Source of the DNA: Spirochaetaceae bacterium
GTDB lineage: Bacteria > Spirochaetota > Spirochaetia > DSM-2461
DNA length: 64,000 nucleotides
Assembly: GCA_051531975.1 (NCBI GenBank)
Contig: JAOPTT010000012.1
Span: 95,783-159,782 of the forward strand
Reading direction: 5' to 3'
Position numbers and translations under genes: made by a program. The notes beneath the pieces are model-generated. The model saw nothing but the letters and a program-made list of their open reading frames with translations. It was not told the origin of the DNA and made no database searches. This document shows, in pieces, positions 1-10,495 of this stretch (positions are counted from its first letter, which is position 1; the number at the start of each line of letters is the position of its first letter).

Positions 1-1411
1 TACACATAGAACTATATTTACTCTCTCCGTCTAAATATAGAGTTATTTCATTACCTAAATAGACACAGAATGTTATGATTCTATACTGTTCTGGAACTTC
101 TAGAGGTCTATGGTGATAAAGAATTGCATTAACATACTTGCTTGGGAAATCCCATTTTTGGGTCAGTTTAGAACCAATAATAGAATGATTCAAACCTTCA
201 ACTAAATTATCTAATACATCTGTAGGTATCTTTCTATCGAGGCATATTTTATTAAGTTTATCGGATAATGTTGAGTTTAATGAGTTGACAACTATTTTGC
301 CAATATCATGCATTAATGCTGCAACATATATATCTTCTGAGAAATCATCTAATTTCCTAAAATGTGCTAGGTAACTTGAAATTAGAGCAACTTGGAAAAG
401 GTGTTCTTTGTAATAATTTATCTTTTTAAGATTGTATCTACTCTCTAAAGATTTAAGCATACCATAATTGTACAAAATTGCATTTAGACCAACAATACCA
501 ATTTTTTTTACAGCAATTGAAACCTTATCAATTTTATCATTAAGTCTGTAAACCGGGGAATTTACTAACCTTAGTACTTCTGTAGTTAGAGATGGATCAG
601 ATAATATATAATCAGTAATTCGGTTATAATCCCATTCTGGATCTTCTAACTCTTGCTGAAGTCTTAAAAGGCTATCAGGGAATTGTGGAAGTGTATTTAT
701 CTCCTTAATTAATTCGTTAGATAATTCTAGACTTTTTTTATCGGTTACATCTTCAAATGGAATAGATAAAGTTGTAACTGTTTGATCATCTTTAGATTCT
801 ATGGAAATAGATTTAGAAGAAATACCAATTTTTTTTAGCATAAGAATAATTAATACTATTCCAAAGCCAGGTTTTTCAGATATTTTTGGATCTTTAGCAA
901 ATACTTGATTTATATTTGTAAATTGATTTGCAAATTCGGTACTCTCGTTAATACATTCAAACTCTTTTTGAATTAGAGCACAATTTGTAATTATTGAAAG
1001 ATGAAGAGTATTATGAACTACACTAAGAGATACTTTAATAGAGATTTTATCATCTTTATAGTTATTTGTTTCCACATATTTGTTATAATATTGACTATTA
1101 TCAATTTCTTTTAAACCTTTTAAATAATCTGCCTCATCATTTATATCGAGATTATTATGAGTAAAATAAGTTCTTTTTATATTTGCTTTTGATGCGTTAC
1201 AAACGAGTTTATTTATTATGTAAGATAATCGTAGATTTAACTTCTCTTGGGATACGTTTTTTAGTAATCTAGATGTTACTCTTGCAATTAATAGTTCAGA
1301 TACTCTGTTATGGTACGGCAATACACAAGAGTACTCATTTTTATTCTCTAAACCTTCAATTATATTTTCAATATCATCTTCTTTAAAATAACTATAAAAT
1401 ATTCTACCCAT
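1..1411 (-). CDS. HDOD domain signalling protein (3' end runs off the window)
   Basis: Manual minus-strand translation from ATG 1411 (TAATG overlap with upstream stop) gives LPQFPDSLLRLQQELED...SDPSLTTEVLRLVNSP...AALMHDIGK...NHSIIG...AILYHH, typical HDOD motifs. Confidence 0.85.
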   Translation of the reverse strand, partial: MGRIFYSYFKEDDIENIIEGLENKNEYSCVLPYHNRVSELLIARVTSRLLKNVSQEKLNLRLSYIINKLVCNASKANIKRTYFTHNNLDINDEADYLKGLKEIDNSQYYNKYVETNNYKDDKISIKVSLSVVHNTLHLSIITNCALIQKEFECINESTEFANQFTNINQVFAKDPKISEKPGFGIVLIILMLKKIGISSKSISIESKDDQTVTTLSIPFEDVTDKKSLELSNELIKEINTLPQFPDSLLRLQQELEDPEWDYNRITDYILSDPSLTTEVLRLVNSPVYRLNDKIDKVSIAVKKIGIVGLNAILYNYGMLKSLESRYNLKKINYYKEHLFQVALISSYLAHFRKLDDFSEDIYVAALMHDIGKIVVNSLNSTLSDKLNKICLDRKIPTDVLDNLVEGLNHSIIGSKLTQKWDFPSKYVNAILYHHRPLEVPEQYRIITFCVYLGNEITLYLDGESKYSSMC

Positions 1412-2658
1412 TATATACAAACCCTATTTTTCCCCGAAGTTTTTGCTTCATATAGTTTCTTATCGGCATTATTTATCATATTTTCAAGACTATCTTTTTT
1501 ATCGAAGCTTAAACCTATACTGACACTAATGTTAACTTTTTCATTTCCCAGAATAATAACTTTATTAAAAATTCTCTGTCTTAAAGCATCAAAGAAGTTA
1601 AAAGCTCTCTCAGGGTCTAAGTCATTCCCTATAATTAAAAATTCTTCACCACCATATCTTATTGCTAAATCTGATTTTCTAATAGATTCTTTGAGTTCAT
1701 GGGATATCTCTTTTAAAACCAGATCCCCACAATCGTGACCATAAGTATCGTTTACAGCTTTAAAATCATCAATATCTATCATTGCTGTAACTAAATGTAG
1801 ATTATGTCTTACAGCATTTTCAAAGAATAGTGGACCAGTCTCTTTTAAAAAGTGTCTATTATTTAGCTTTGTTAGTTGGTCAACAATAGCCAAGTTTTTA
1901 ATCTCTTGAAAATACTCAACTATTTTAAGATTTTGAGTAATTCTACAATATAGAAGTTCACTAATAAATGGTTTATTTAAAAAGTCATTAGCACCTGACT
2001 TAATAAATTGTACTTTTAATGTATGGTTACCTTGGGCAGAGATTCCAATAATGGCTAATCTATCTATAGGGTAACTTTTCCTAATTTTTGAAGTTAATTC
2101 TAAACCATCTAATTTAGGCATTATATAATCGGTGATTACAAGTTGTATTTTATTATAATTATCATTTAAAACTTCAATCGCCTCTAAACCATTTGTAGCT
2201 TCATATATTTTATATTTATGAATATGTAACAGCTCTTTTAAATGATCCCTAGATTCCTTAGATTCATCTACTACTAATATTCCTGTATTAGGATTATTGA
2301 AATATCGTCGAATAACATCTATCAATGAATCTGAAGTATGATGGTGGCCTTTTAAAATATAATCGATTACTTTAAGGTTCCATATTTTTTCTTGTATATC
2401 ATGGGTGATGGAGTTCGCTAATAATACCGTAGGAATTTTGTGTTTAAAACACAGATCTAATGATAACGGACCACCATCTTGAGGTAATTCAAAGTCTAAT
2501 ATAGCCATATCAATATTTGAATAATCAATATTTGCTTCTAATAGTAGATCTATAGACCTATACCATAATACTTGGAAGCCTAAGATAGTCTCAATTTTCT
2601 GTTTTATTGCTCTTCCAAAGAAGTCACTATTTTCTAATAGCAGAATTCGATTGCCCAT
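1411..2658 (-). CDS. PleD-like diguanylate cyclase (REC-REC-GGDEF)
   Basis: Two receiver-like domains (ILVVDES, TDYIMP) and C-terminal DIDDFK..ND.YGH..GD and GGEEF. Confidence 0.92.
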   Translation of the reverse strand: MGNRILLLENSDFFGRAIKQKIETILGFQVLWYRSIDLLLEANIDYSNIDMAILDFELPQDGGPLSLDLCFKHKIPTVLLANSITHDIQEKIWNLKVIDYILKGHHHTSDSLIDVIRRYFNNPNTGILVVDESKESRDHLKELLHIHKYKIYEATNGLEAIEVLNDNYNKIQLVITDYIMPKLDGLELTSKIRKSYPIDRLAIIGISAQGNHTLKVQFIKSGANDFLNKPFISELLYCRITQNLKIVEYFQEIKNLAIVDQLTKLNNRHFLKETGPLFFENAVRHNLHLVTAMIDIDDFKAVNDTYGHDCGDLVLKEISHELKESIRKSDLAIRYGGEEFLIIGNDLDPERAFNFFDALRQRIFNKVIILGNEKVNISVSIGLSFDKKDSLENMINNADKKLYEAKTSGKNRVCI

Positions 2659-2695
2659 AAAATAATTATAGGTTATTTTTTATAGCTTTTCAATA

Positions 2696-2724
2696 TTGAC
2701 GAACTTTTATTGTCTTAGTATAGT
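2696..2724 (+). promoter_or_regulatory. sigma70-type promoter
   Basis: TTGACG-17 bp-TATAGT, ending 6 nt before the leader-peptide ATG. Confidence 0.7.
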
Positions 2725-2730
2725 TTTTAT

Positions 2731-2808
2731 ATGGTTAAAACGTTTTTAGTACAGATTAATTTCTCAGCAGAAGCCACAACATTAGATGTTGCTGTGGTAG
2801 AGAATTAA
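2731..2808 (+). CDS. putative attenuator leader peptide (25 aa, MVKTFLVQINFSAEATTLDVAVVEN)
   Basis: Short ORF between the promoter and an intrinsic terminator; ends in a V-A-V-V cluster. Confidence 0.6.
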   Translation: MVKTFLVQINFSAEATTLDVAVVEN

Positions 2809-2830
2809 TTGTTTTAGTAGACGATAATTG

Positions 2831-2861
2831 AAGCCACAGTCAGATGACTGTGGCTTTTTTT
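2831..2861 (+). terminator. attenuator terminator hairpin upstream of aminotransferase
   Basis: AAGCCACAGTC-AGAT-GACTGTGGCTT followed by a T run. Confidence 0.85.
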
Positions 2862-2894
2862 ATACCAAGGATTCTGACTGAAAAGGAGATTTTT

Positions 2895-4190
2895 ATGAGA
2901 AGAACAATATTACATGAGGGTGCAAGCCAATTAACCTACGAAATACGTGAAATTGTTAAGATTGCTAGAGTAATAGAATCTAAAGGCCAGAGTATTTCTT
3001 GGGAAAATATTGGAGATCCACTACAAAAAGGTGAAACTGTAGCTCCTTGGATTATAGAAGAAGTAACTAAAGTTGCCTCAGAGAGTATTAGTTATGGTTA
3101 TACTGATAGTCAAGGTGACTTAGATACTAGAGAATTTATAGCCAAAGAAATAAATAACAGAGCTGATGATGTAACCGTTGGTATGGATGATATCGTATTT
3201 TTTAATGGACTTGGTGATGCTATTAGTAAGGTTTATAGCTATTTAAAAAGAGAAGCTAGAATATTAGGACCATCACCAGCATATTCAACTCACTCATCTG
3301 CAGAAGCTGCTCATTCAGGTTATGAGCACTTAACATATAAATTAGATCCAAATAACTCTTGGTATCCTGACTTAGAGGACCTAGAAAATAAAGTAAAATA
3401 TAATGACTCAATTGCTGGTTTGTTAATAATTAATCCAGATAATCCAACTGGAGCTGTGTATACTAAAGAAATATTAAAATCTATGGTTGATATAGCACAA
3501 AAGTATGATCTATTTATTATCTGCGATGAAACATATGCAAATGTAACATTCCCAGGTAGTCATTGGACATTTTTAAGTTCTGTAATTAAAAAAGTACCAG
3601 CAATGTCTATGAGGAGTTTATCTAAAGAACTTCCATGGCCAGGAGCAAGATGTGGTTGGATCGAGGTATATAATAGGGATGTAGATGAAGAGTTCAATCT
3701 GTATATCGAATCTATTATATCTGCTAAACGTTTAGAGGTATGCTCAACAACTCTACCTCAACTTGTATTACCTAAGATTATGGGGGATTCAAGATACCCT
3801 CAACATATATTAGATAGATCAAAGAAATTTTCCGATAGAGCAGATGAGGCATGGAATCTCTTATCAAAAATCAAAGGGATTAACTGTGTAAAACCAAAAG
3901 GTGCACTTTATATGACTGTTCTTTTTGATTCATTACCAGAAGAAAGTACATTGGATATAAAAGACAACGGTATAAAAAATTATATAGAAGCTGCAGTTAG
4001 GGGTATAAAGGCAGATAAACGATTTGTTTATTACCTTTTAGCTGCTACAGGAATCTGTGTTGTTCCCATCTCTGGTTTTTATTCTGATCTTCAGGGATTT
4101 AGATTTACTCTCCTAGAAGAAAATGATGATAAAAGAGCCTGGATATATAAAACCTTAGCAGAATCTATATTTCAGTATCTTAAAAAATAG
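2895..4190 (+). CDS. PLP-dependent class I/II aminotransferase (AlaA-like)
   Basis: NIGDP, INPDNPTG, DETY, SLSK...PGARCGW; AAGGAG before ATG 2895. Confidence 0.88.
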   Translation: MRRTILHEGASQLTYEIREIVKIARVIESKGQSISWENIGDPLQKGETVAPWIIEEVTKVASESISYGYTDSQGDLDTREFIAKEINNRADDVTVGMDDIVFFNGLGDAISKVYSYLKREARILGPSPAYSTHSSAEAAHSGYEHLTYKLDPNNSWYPDLEDLENKVKYNDSIAGLLIINPDNPTGAVYTKEILKSMVDIAQKYDLFIICDETYANVTFPGSHWTFLSSVIKKVPAMSMRSLSKELPWPGARCGWIEVYNRDVDEEFNLYIESIISAKRLEVCSTTLPQLVLPKIMGDSRYPQHILDRSKKFSDRADEAWNLLSKIKGINCVKPKGALYMTVLFDSLPEESTLDIKDNGIKNYIEAAVRGIKADKRFVYYLLAATGICVVPISGFYSDLQGFRFTLLEENDDKRAWIYKTLAESIFQYLKK

Positions 4191-4233
4191 AAATTGTTGT
4201 GTCAAAAAGTTTATTCAACTACAATAATAAGTA

Positions 4234-4734
4234 ATGTTTAAAAGAACAAAATTCATTTCAATATCTGCTGTAGTACTAATTTCTATTATTATTACAGCAG
4301 TAATTATCAATTCTCCATATTATCCCGGTTTTGAATCCGGGTTACACTATCTATCTCCCGACTTAAGTGAATATAGAGCAGCAATTAGAGATAGTGTATT
4401 TCTATCTAGAGAGTCTGATGTTAAAATAGTTTTTGAAAAGAAAAATATCTATATCTCATACGATAGAGAGCAGTTTTATAGTTTTATAAATAGTGTTGTT
4501 ATTCAAGTTTGGAATGAGACTGAATATTTCTCATTTAATAGAGATGATTTAGATTATAAGGGCGACTATGTAGAGGACTTTCAACTTAACATAGGCTCAT
4601 TAAAGGGAACTGGGAAATATAATATATATATTAAATCTGACAATGCTATTAATGCCACCTATAATATTGGAGTTGGTATAGGTAATGAATCTAAATTTAT
4701 TCCTATTGGAAAAAATGTCCGTGATTTTTATTAA
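4234..4734 (+). CDS. hypothetical membrane-anchored or secreted protein
   Basis: N-terminal hydrophobic segment, no recognised domain. Confidence 0.6.
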   Translation: MFKRTKFISISAVVLISIIITAVIINSPYYPGFESGLHYLSPDLSEYRAAIRDSVFLSRESDVKIVFEKKNIYISYDREQFYSFINSVVIQVWNETEYFSFNRDDLDYKGDYVEDFQLNIGSLKGTGKYNIYIKSDNAINATYNIGVGIGNESKFIPIGKNVRDFY

Positions 4735-4743
4735 GGGGTTTTG

Positions 4744-5676
4744 ATGGCGCTTCAGAAATATCAAATAGATAAGGATTATCAGTTATTAGCTCTTATGAGT
4801 ATAACTATTCACGAAGAGAAGAGTATTAGAATCAGTAATGCTCTTTTAAATCGGGTAAATTTTCTACATGTTGATAGTGATATAAGTGCTCAGAAAATAT
4901 CGATTTCTAGTTTTGATGGAGAGTTTATAGACCTCTATATTTATAAACCTAAACATGTTTTGGAAGATCTACCTTGTATGGTTTATTATCATGGAGGAGG
5001 ATTTTTTTTAAAAGGTGATGCATTGTCTCCTAAAATACTCTCCGAATATGTTAGATATGCCAATATTGTTATTGTTTATGTAGATTATAGACTTTCATTG
5101 GATTATCCATATCCAACTCCATTAAAGGACTGTTATTCAGGGTTAGAGTGGGTGTTTAAAAATGATCGCTTTTTAGGTATTAATCCAAATAAGATAATAG
5201 TTACTGGATTTAGTGCAGGAGGTGCATTAGCTGCTGGTGTAACTCTAATGGCAAGGGATAAGAAAGGTCCAGATATAAAAGTTCAGGCCTTAATTTCCCC
5301 AGTAACTGACCATAGACAGATAACACATTCTGTTAATAGTTATACAGATACTCCCAATTGGAATAGTTTAAGCAATAAACATATGTGGGAGCTATATCTA
5401 AGGGATTTAGAACTAGATTCGGTACCATATTATGCATCTCCAGGAACTGCTACTTCTTATATTGGGTTACCACCTGCATATATAGAGCTTGCTCAGTTTG
5501 ATCCACTACACGATGAGGGATATAATTATGCAAATAGTTTAAAAAAAGCTGGTGTTGATACACTACTTAATGATACTAAAGGCTCTATTCATATGTCATC
5601 TATTCATATGAAATCAAAAAAAACACAAAATAATATGAAATTAATGCTAGATTTTATTAAAGGATATGTTAAATGA
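4744..5676 (+). CDS. alpha/beta hydrolase, HSL-family esterase/lipase
   Basis: HGGG, DYRL, GFSAG, DPL.DEG motifs. Confidence 0.9.
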   Translation: MALQKYQIDKDYQLLALMSITIHEEKSIRISNALLNRVNFLHVDSDISAQKISISSFDGEFIDLYIYKPKHVLEDLPCMVYYHGGGFFLKGDALSPKILSEYVRYANIVIVYVDYRLSLDYPYPTPLKDCYSGLEWVFKNDRFLGINPNKIIVTGFSAGGALAAGVTLMARDKKGPDIKVQALISPVTDHRQITHSVNSYTDTPNWNSLSNKHMWELYLRDLELDSVPYYASPGTATSYIGLPPAYIELAQFDPLHDEGYNYANSLKKAGVDTLLNDTKGSIHMSSIHMKSKKTQNNMKLMLDFIKGYVK

Positions 5677-6620
5677 GAGAGATAGAAACATGGGCCCAGA
5701 AGATTAAAGAAAATGTTGGTTTAGTTTTTTATGGTAAAGATGAAGTAATTGAAAAAATATTAACAAGTTTACTATGTGGTGGGCATGTACTGTTAGAAGA
5801 TGTTCCAGGTTTAGGAAAAACTATTTTAGCTAGAGCTGTATCTGTTAGTTTAGGTGGTATTTTTAACAGGATTCAAGCCACACCTGATCTACTGCCAAAT
5901 GACGTATTAGGTCTTTCTATTTATAGTCCTAAAGAGGAAAAATTTAAATTTACCCCAGGGCCTATAAATGGAAATATCGTTTTAGTTGATGAGATTAATA
6001 GAGCCACACCTAGAACACAATCAGCATTTCTAGAGGCGATGGCAGAATACCAGATCTCAATAGATGGGGAAGTTAGACCATTACCAGACCCATTCTTTTT
6101 AATTGCTACAGAGAATCCAACAGAGTTTGAAGGGACTTTTCCTCTGCCTGAAGCACAGAAAGATCGGTTTTTTATGACTATAAACATAGGGTATCCATCT
6201 AGAGAGGCTGAGGGACAGATCTTGGAAAGTCATAGACGATTAACCCATCCAATTACTGATTTAAAATCAGTTTCTAATTTAGACGAGTTAATAAAATTTA
6301 AAGAAACAGTTGTAAATATACATGTAGATGATGATGTAAAAAATTACATTTTAGATTTAGTTAAAGCAACAAGAGAGAGTAACTATTTCCAATTAGGAGT
6401 ATCTCCTAGAGGTTCTTTAGCCCTGTATAAAGGTGGACAAGCTTTCTCTGCATTAAAAGGCCGAGATTATGTTACTCCAGATGATATAAAAACTATTTTT
6501 TTACCAATTATGTTACAAAGGGTAATTTTAAAATCAGAGTTTTTAATAAAAGGTGTTAGTGTTAAGGATGCCTTAGATAGTACTTTCAATAGTGTAAAAG
6601 TACCTCCTTTGAGTGACTAG
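5673..6620 (+). CDS. moxR: MoxR-family AAA ATPase
   Basis: GHVLLEDVPGLGKT, DEINRA, FPLPEAQ.DRF, GVSPRG. Confidence 0.95.
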   Translation: MREIETWAQKIKENVGLVFYGKDEVIEKILTSLLCGGHVLLEDVPGLGKTILARAVSVSLGGIFNRIQATPDLLPNDVLGLSIYSPKEEKFKFTPGPINGNIVLVDEINRATPRTQSAFLEAMAEYQISIDGEVRPLPDPFFLIATENPTEFEGTFPLPEAQKDRFFMTINIGYPSREAEGQILESHRRLTHPITDLKSVSNLDELIKFKETVVNIHVDDDVKNYILDLVKATRESNYFQLGVSPRGSLALYKGGQAFSALKGRDYVTPDDIKTIFLPIMLQRVILKSEFLIKGVSVKDALDSTFNSVKVPPLSD

Positions 6621-7762
6621 TGGTTAAAGTCAATAAATTATTATTAATCATAGCAATAATTTCAGCTCTATTATATCCATTTTGGATAGTTCAAGTTATA
6701 TCTATAACAATAATATTAACCTATCTATTTGCTTTTATAATTTCAAGATATATGTTTAATAATGTTTTTGCCAGCAGAGAGAGGACAATCTATTATTGTC
6801 AAAATGGCCAAGTTGAACATAGTGATTTTACAATTTTAAATAGAGGTTTTATTCCACTTGATAATATTCTAATAACTGATAGAGGATCTGGTTGTTATAA
6901 TAATGGAATAGGTGAGTTCTTAGATACAATCCCTGGTAAACAAAGTAGCCAATTTATAAATATATTAAATACTGGTATTAGAGGAAGCCATAAAATTGGT
7001 CCTATTATTGTAAAAGGTAGCGATCCACTTAATTTCTTTCCATGGACTAAAACTTTAGAAGTATATTGTGAGGTTATTATATACCCTAGGTTTCATGATA
7101 TTAGGCTTTTATTAACACAGGGTGAGAGAGGTGGTAAGCAGAGAGTAAAAAATCCTCTATACGAAGATCTATCAGATCTTAAATCTATGCGGGAATTTAG
7201 ACGTGGTGATTCTTTAAAAAGGGTTAACTGGAAGGCTACTGCAAAGGTTGGAGTATTACAGATCATGGAATTTTCTAATACCTTAAGTGCCCCTTTATTT
7301 ATATTAATGGACATAGATCCAGAAAATTATCCTATAAAACATAGATATACATATTTAGAGAGAACAATAGAGGCAGCAGCTTCTTTAACTACAAGTTATT
7401 CTGATAAATCAGAAGCTATAGGTCTGATTACCCATGATAAATCTGGTACAATTCTTATTCCACAAAGCAGAGGATATTCCCATACTGTCTCTGTATTAGA
7501 ACATTTAGCTAAAATTGATTTCGAAAAACATCATGAAGTAAATATTATAGACCTATTTTTTGAACAGAAAATATCACTACCCCAAGGGTCACATTTTTAT
7601 ATTTTGACACCTACAATTACAGTAGAACTAATTCAGAAATTACAGTTATTAAAAAGAAAATATATTGTTAAAATAGTTATAACTGGTGGTGGAGTTTCTA
7701 TTATGTCTGCAAATATTGAATGTTATACCCTTACTTCCTATGGAAAGGAGTATTTTGAATGA
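6620..7762 (+). CDS. DUF58 domain protein
   Basis: Follows moxR; REF..GD...VNWKATAK motif. Confidence 0.88.
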   Translation: MVKVNKLLLIIAIISALLYPFWIVQVISITIILTYLFAFIISRYMFNNVFASRERTIYYCQNGQVEHSDFTILNRGFIPLDNILITDRGSGCYNNGIGEFLDTIPGKQSSQFINILNTGIRGSHKIGPIIVKGSDPLNFFPWTKTLEVYCEVIIYPRFHDIRLLLTQGERGGKQRVKNPLYEDLSDLKSMREFRRGDSLKRVNWKATAKVGVLQIMEFSNTLSAPLFILMDIDPENYPIKHRYTYLERTIEAAASLTTSYSDKSEAIGLITHDKSGTILIPQSRGYSHTVSVLEHLAKIDFEKHHEVNIIDLFFEQKISLPQGSHFYILTPTITVELIQKLQLLKRKYIVKIVITGGGVSIMSANIECYTLTSYGKEYFE

Positions 7763-9147
7763 TTCAGAAAAAAAATGATATAAGTTATACATTATTAGGG
7801 CTTTTATACCCCTTTATTACAGTTTTACCAATTTATTTTGTAATAAAACCAACAATCTTGATGTTTATTATTCCATTTATACTTCTCTTCCTATTTATAC
7901 CGTTATATAGGGGCTATATTAAGCAGCATATTTATGACTTTGAGGATGCCAGAAGCGCTATACCAAGTTTCATAATTATTGTTTCAGTTTTAGTCACAAT
8001 AATTCTAAATTTAATTTTAATAAAATCTAAACCCTCTGCTCTATTAGCAACTATACCAACTGCTATGATATTGGTCTTTGCATATATTTTTACCCTATTT
8101 GATTTTATAAATGATAACAGTGATAGTGCAATATTAAAAACTAGATTTAACCATATCCTAGACGTAGAAGTTATAATAAAAGGTTCTATAGTTTTTAAAC
8201 TAATACTGGTTATAACCCTTATTTTTTTAAATATGTTTACACTACCTTTTTTATGGATTATTGGTTTTTTATTAGATATTGTTATAATAATAAATATGAG
8301 AAACAAGCTATATTACCTTTTTGTTTTTCAAAATGGTACTTTTAGTATACAAGATAGCCCCTTCAGGAGTATTTGGGCGTATATTGTATTATCTATCTCA
8401 CTTATCATAGCACTTTTAACAAGCAGAAACTTTAGTCTTCTACCCTATACATATATTATTAAATTTCTTAATTGGTTATCTTCGTTTGGAAGGGATTATG
8501 ATGCTGGGGATCTTCCACCAGTCAAACCTGAAGTTTTAGATCGAGGCCCTGGAGGAATTGATCTATCTCAAATAGAAACTAGTGAAATATCTCCTACATT
8601 ACAAGCGTTATGGAAGATATTAGAAGTTATATTTGTCACAATATTATATGGTGCAACAATTGTTTTAGTATTCTACTTTCTGTTTTATCCACTTCTTGCT
8701 CCTCTATTTAATAAAAATAGAGAGAAAATAAGTTTTAAAGATTATTATAAGAAAATCCTTAATGGAATTATAAACTTTATGAATAATGTTAAAGAAGTCT
8801 TTCTATCATTTTTTATAGATCATATTAAGGATGATGTTTTCACTCCTAAAAAACATGTGACAATCTTAACTCAGACACAGATAAAAAGAGATAAAAAAGA
8901 AGTTAAAGCTATACTTAAGCAGTATTTTAAATTGACTAAGTGGGCTACTAAAAAAAAGTTAATTAATAAAAGTAACAATTTATCTGTAGATCTGTTTTTT
9001 AATAAAATAGAAACGGTTATTTCTAAAGATGTCGCAGACGGTTTAACACAGTTTTTTAATAGTGGTTTTTACTCACTAGAAACCATTACAAAAAATGATT
9101 TTAAAGAGATTAAAAATAGAATAAGAGATGTATTAAAGAGTAAATAA
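7759..9147 (+). CDS. multi-pass membrane protein of the MoxR/DUF58 operon
   Basis: Many hydrophobic helices; ATGA overlap with the DUF58 gene. Confidence 0.7.
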   Translation: MIQKKNDISYTLLGLLYPFITVLPIYFVIKPTILMFIIPFILLFLFIPLYRGYIKQHIYDFEDARSAIPSFIIIVSVLVTIILNLILIKSKPSALLATIPTAMILVFAYIFTLFDFINDNSDSAILKTRFNHILDVEVIIKGSIVFKLILVITLIFLNMFTLPFLWIIGFLLDIVIIINMRNKLYYLFVFQNGTFSIQDSPFRSIWAYIVLSISLIIALLTSRNFSLLPYTYIIKFLNWLSSFGRDYDAGDLPPVKPEVLDRGPGGIDLSQIETSEISPTLQALWKILEVIFVTILYGATIVLVFYFLFYPLLAPLFNKNREKISFKDYYKKILNGIINFMNNVKEVFLSFFIDHIKDDVFTPKKHVTILTQTQIKRDKKEVKAILKQYFKLTKWATKKKLINKSNNLSVDLFFNKIETVISKDVADGLTQFFNSGFYSLETITKNDFKEIKNRIRDVLKSK

Positions 9148-9212
9148 AAAAATACTTGTCCCTCGTTCTAGATAACAGTACATTATAATAAATAATTTGA
9201 AGGAATAATAAG

Positions 9213-9827
9213 ATGCAAAAAAAAGGAATAACAACATTAATTATAGTAGGAATCATATTTTTACTGATTTTTTCAGCATATGGTAAATTTAAATCCACAT
9301 ATAACAGTATGGTAATTTTAGATGAAGGGGTAAAAGCGTCCTGGAGTCAGGTAGAGAATGTTTACCAAAGACGATTAGATTTAATACCAAACCTAGTATC
9401 TACTGTTAAAGGTTATGCTACCCACGAAGAGGAAACATTTACTAAACTTGCAGAAGCTAGAAGTAAAGCTGGAGGTTCTATCACGATATCTGAAGAGGTA
9501 TTAAACGATCCGGCACTATTTCAGAAATTTCAGGAAGCACAAGCTGGTTTAGGTGGCGCATTACAAAGACTTATGATGGTTACAGAGAGCTATCCAGAAC
9601 TTAAGGCCAGTGAATCATTTTTAGCGCTACAGAGTCAGTTAGAAGGAACAGAAAACAGAATTACAGTTGAGAGAAAACGATTTAACGATACTGTTCAGGG
9701 GCATAATACTTATATAAAAACATTTCCAACTAATATTATGGCAAATATGTTTGGTTTTAGAGAGCGATCTTACTTTGAATCATCTGCAAGAGCCAATGTT
9801 GCACCTACAGTGGAATTTGGTAACTAG
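9213..9827 (+). CDS. lemA: LemA family protein
   Basis: WSQVENVYQRRLDLIPNLV, YPELKA, LEGTENRI. Confidence 0.95.
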   Translation: MQKKGITTLIIVGIIFLLIFSAYGKFKSTYNSMVILDEGVKASWSQVENVYQRRLDLIPNLVSTVKGYATHEEETFTKLAEARSKAGGSITISEEVLNDPALFQKFQEAQAGLGGALQRLMMVTESYPELKASESFLALQSQLEGTENRITVERKRFNDTVQGHNTYIKTFPTNIMANMFGFRERSYFESSARANVAPTVEFGN

Positions 9828-9828
9828 T

Positions 9829-10494
9829 ATGAAGTTTACTGAAAAAGAGTTAGAAGGAATAAATAACGCAGTTAAAAAAGCTGAGTCTACAACAAGTGGT
9901 GAGATAGCAACTGCTATAATTAAAGAGAGTTCAGACTATGCTTTTTATGAATTAGCATTTTCAGTTTTAGTTGGAGCAATATATTTTATTGTTATTGTTT
10001 TAGGTTCTACAGGTGTAGAGAGTTGGTTAAAGTCTATGTTTTGGAACTACGATCCAGCATATTTATTAATGTTTACTGGTCTTTCACTATTTTTGGTTAT
10101 TGGTATTACTTATGTAATAACAAATATACCAGTAGTTGATAGATTAATAATTCCAAAAAAGGTTATAGAAACTAAGGTTTACAATAGAGCTATAAGACAC
10201 TTTCTTGAGTCAGGAACATGTTATACAAAAGATCGTACTGGTATTTTAATATTCATATCTGAAATGGAAAGAAAGGTTATATTATTAGCTGATAAAGGTA
10301 TTAACGATAAAATACATCAGGAAAGTTGGGATGGTATTGTTAAAGGTATTACTACAGGGATTAAAAATAAAAATATTAACAAATCAATTATACAGGCTGT
10401 AGATGAGTGTGGGAAAATTCTAACAAAAGAATTTCCTATCGAACCAGACGATATTAACGAATTATCTGATGATATTCAGGTTTTGGAGAAATAA
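9829..10494 (+). CDS. TPM-domain membrane protein
   Basis: AESTTSGEI, TKDRTGILIFI, ADKGIN, NELSD. Confidence 0.88.
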   Translation: MKFTEKELEGINNAVKKAESTTSGEIATAIIKESSDYAFYELAFSVLVGAIYFIVIVLGSTGVESWLKSMFWNYDPAYLLMFTGLSLFLVIGITYVITNIPVVDRLIIPKKVIETKVYNRAIRHFLESGTCYTKDRTGILIFISEMERKVILLADKGINDKIHQESWDGIVKGITTGIKNKNINKSIIQAVDECGKILTKEFPIEPDDINELSDDIQVLEK

Positions 10495-10495
10495 A

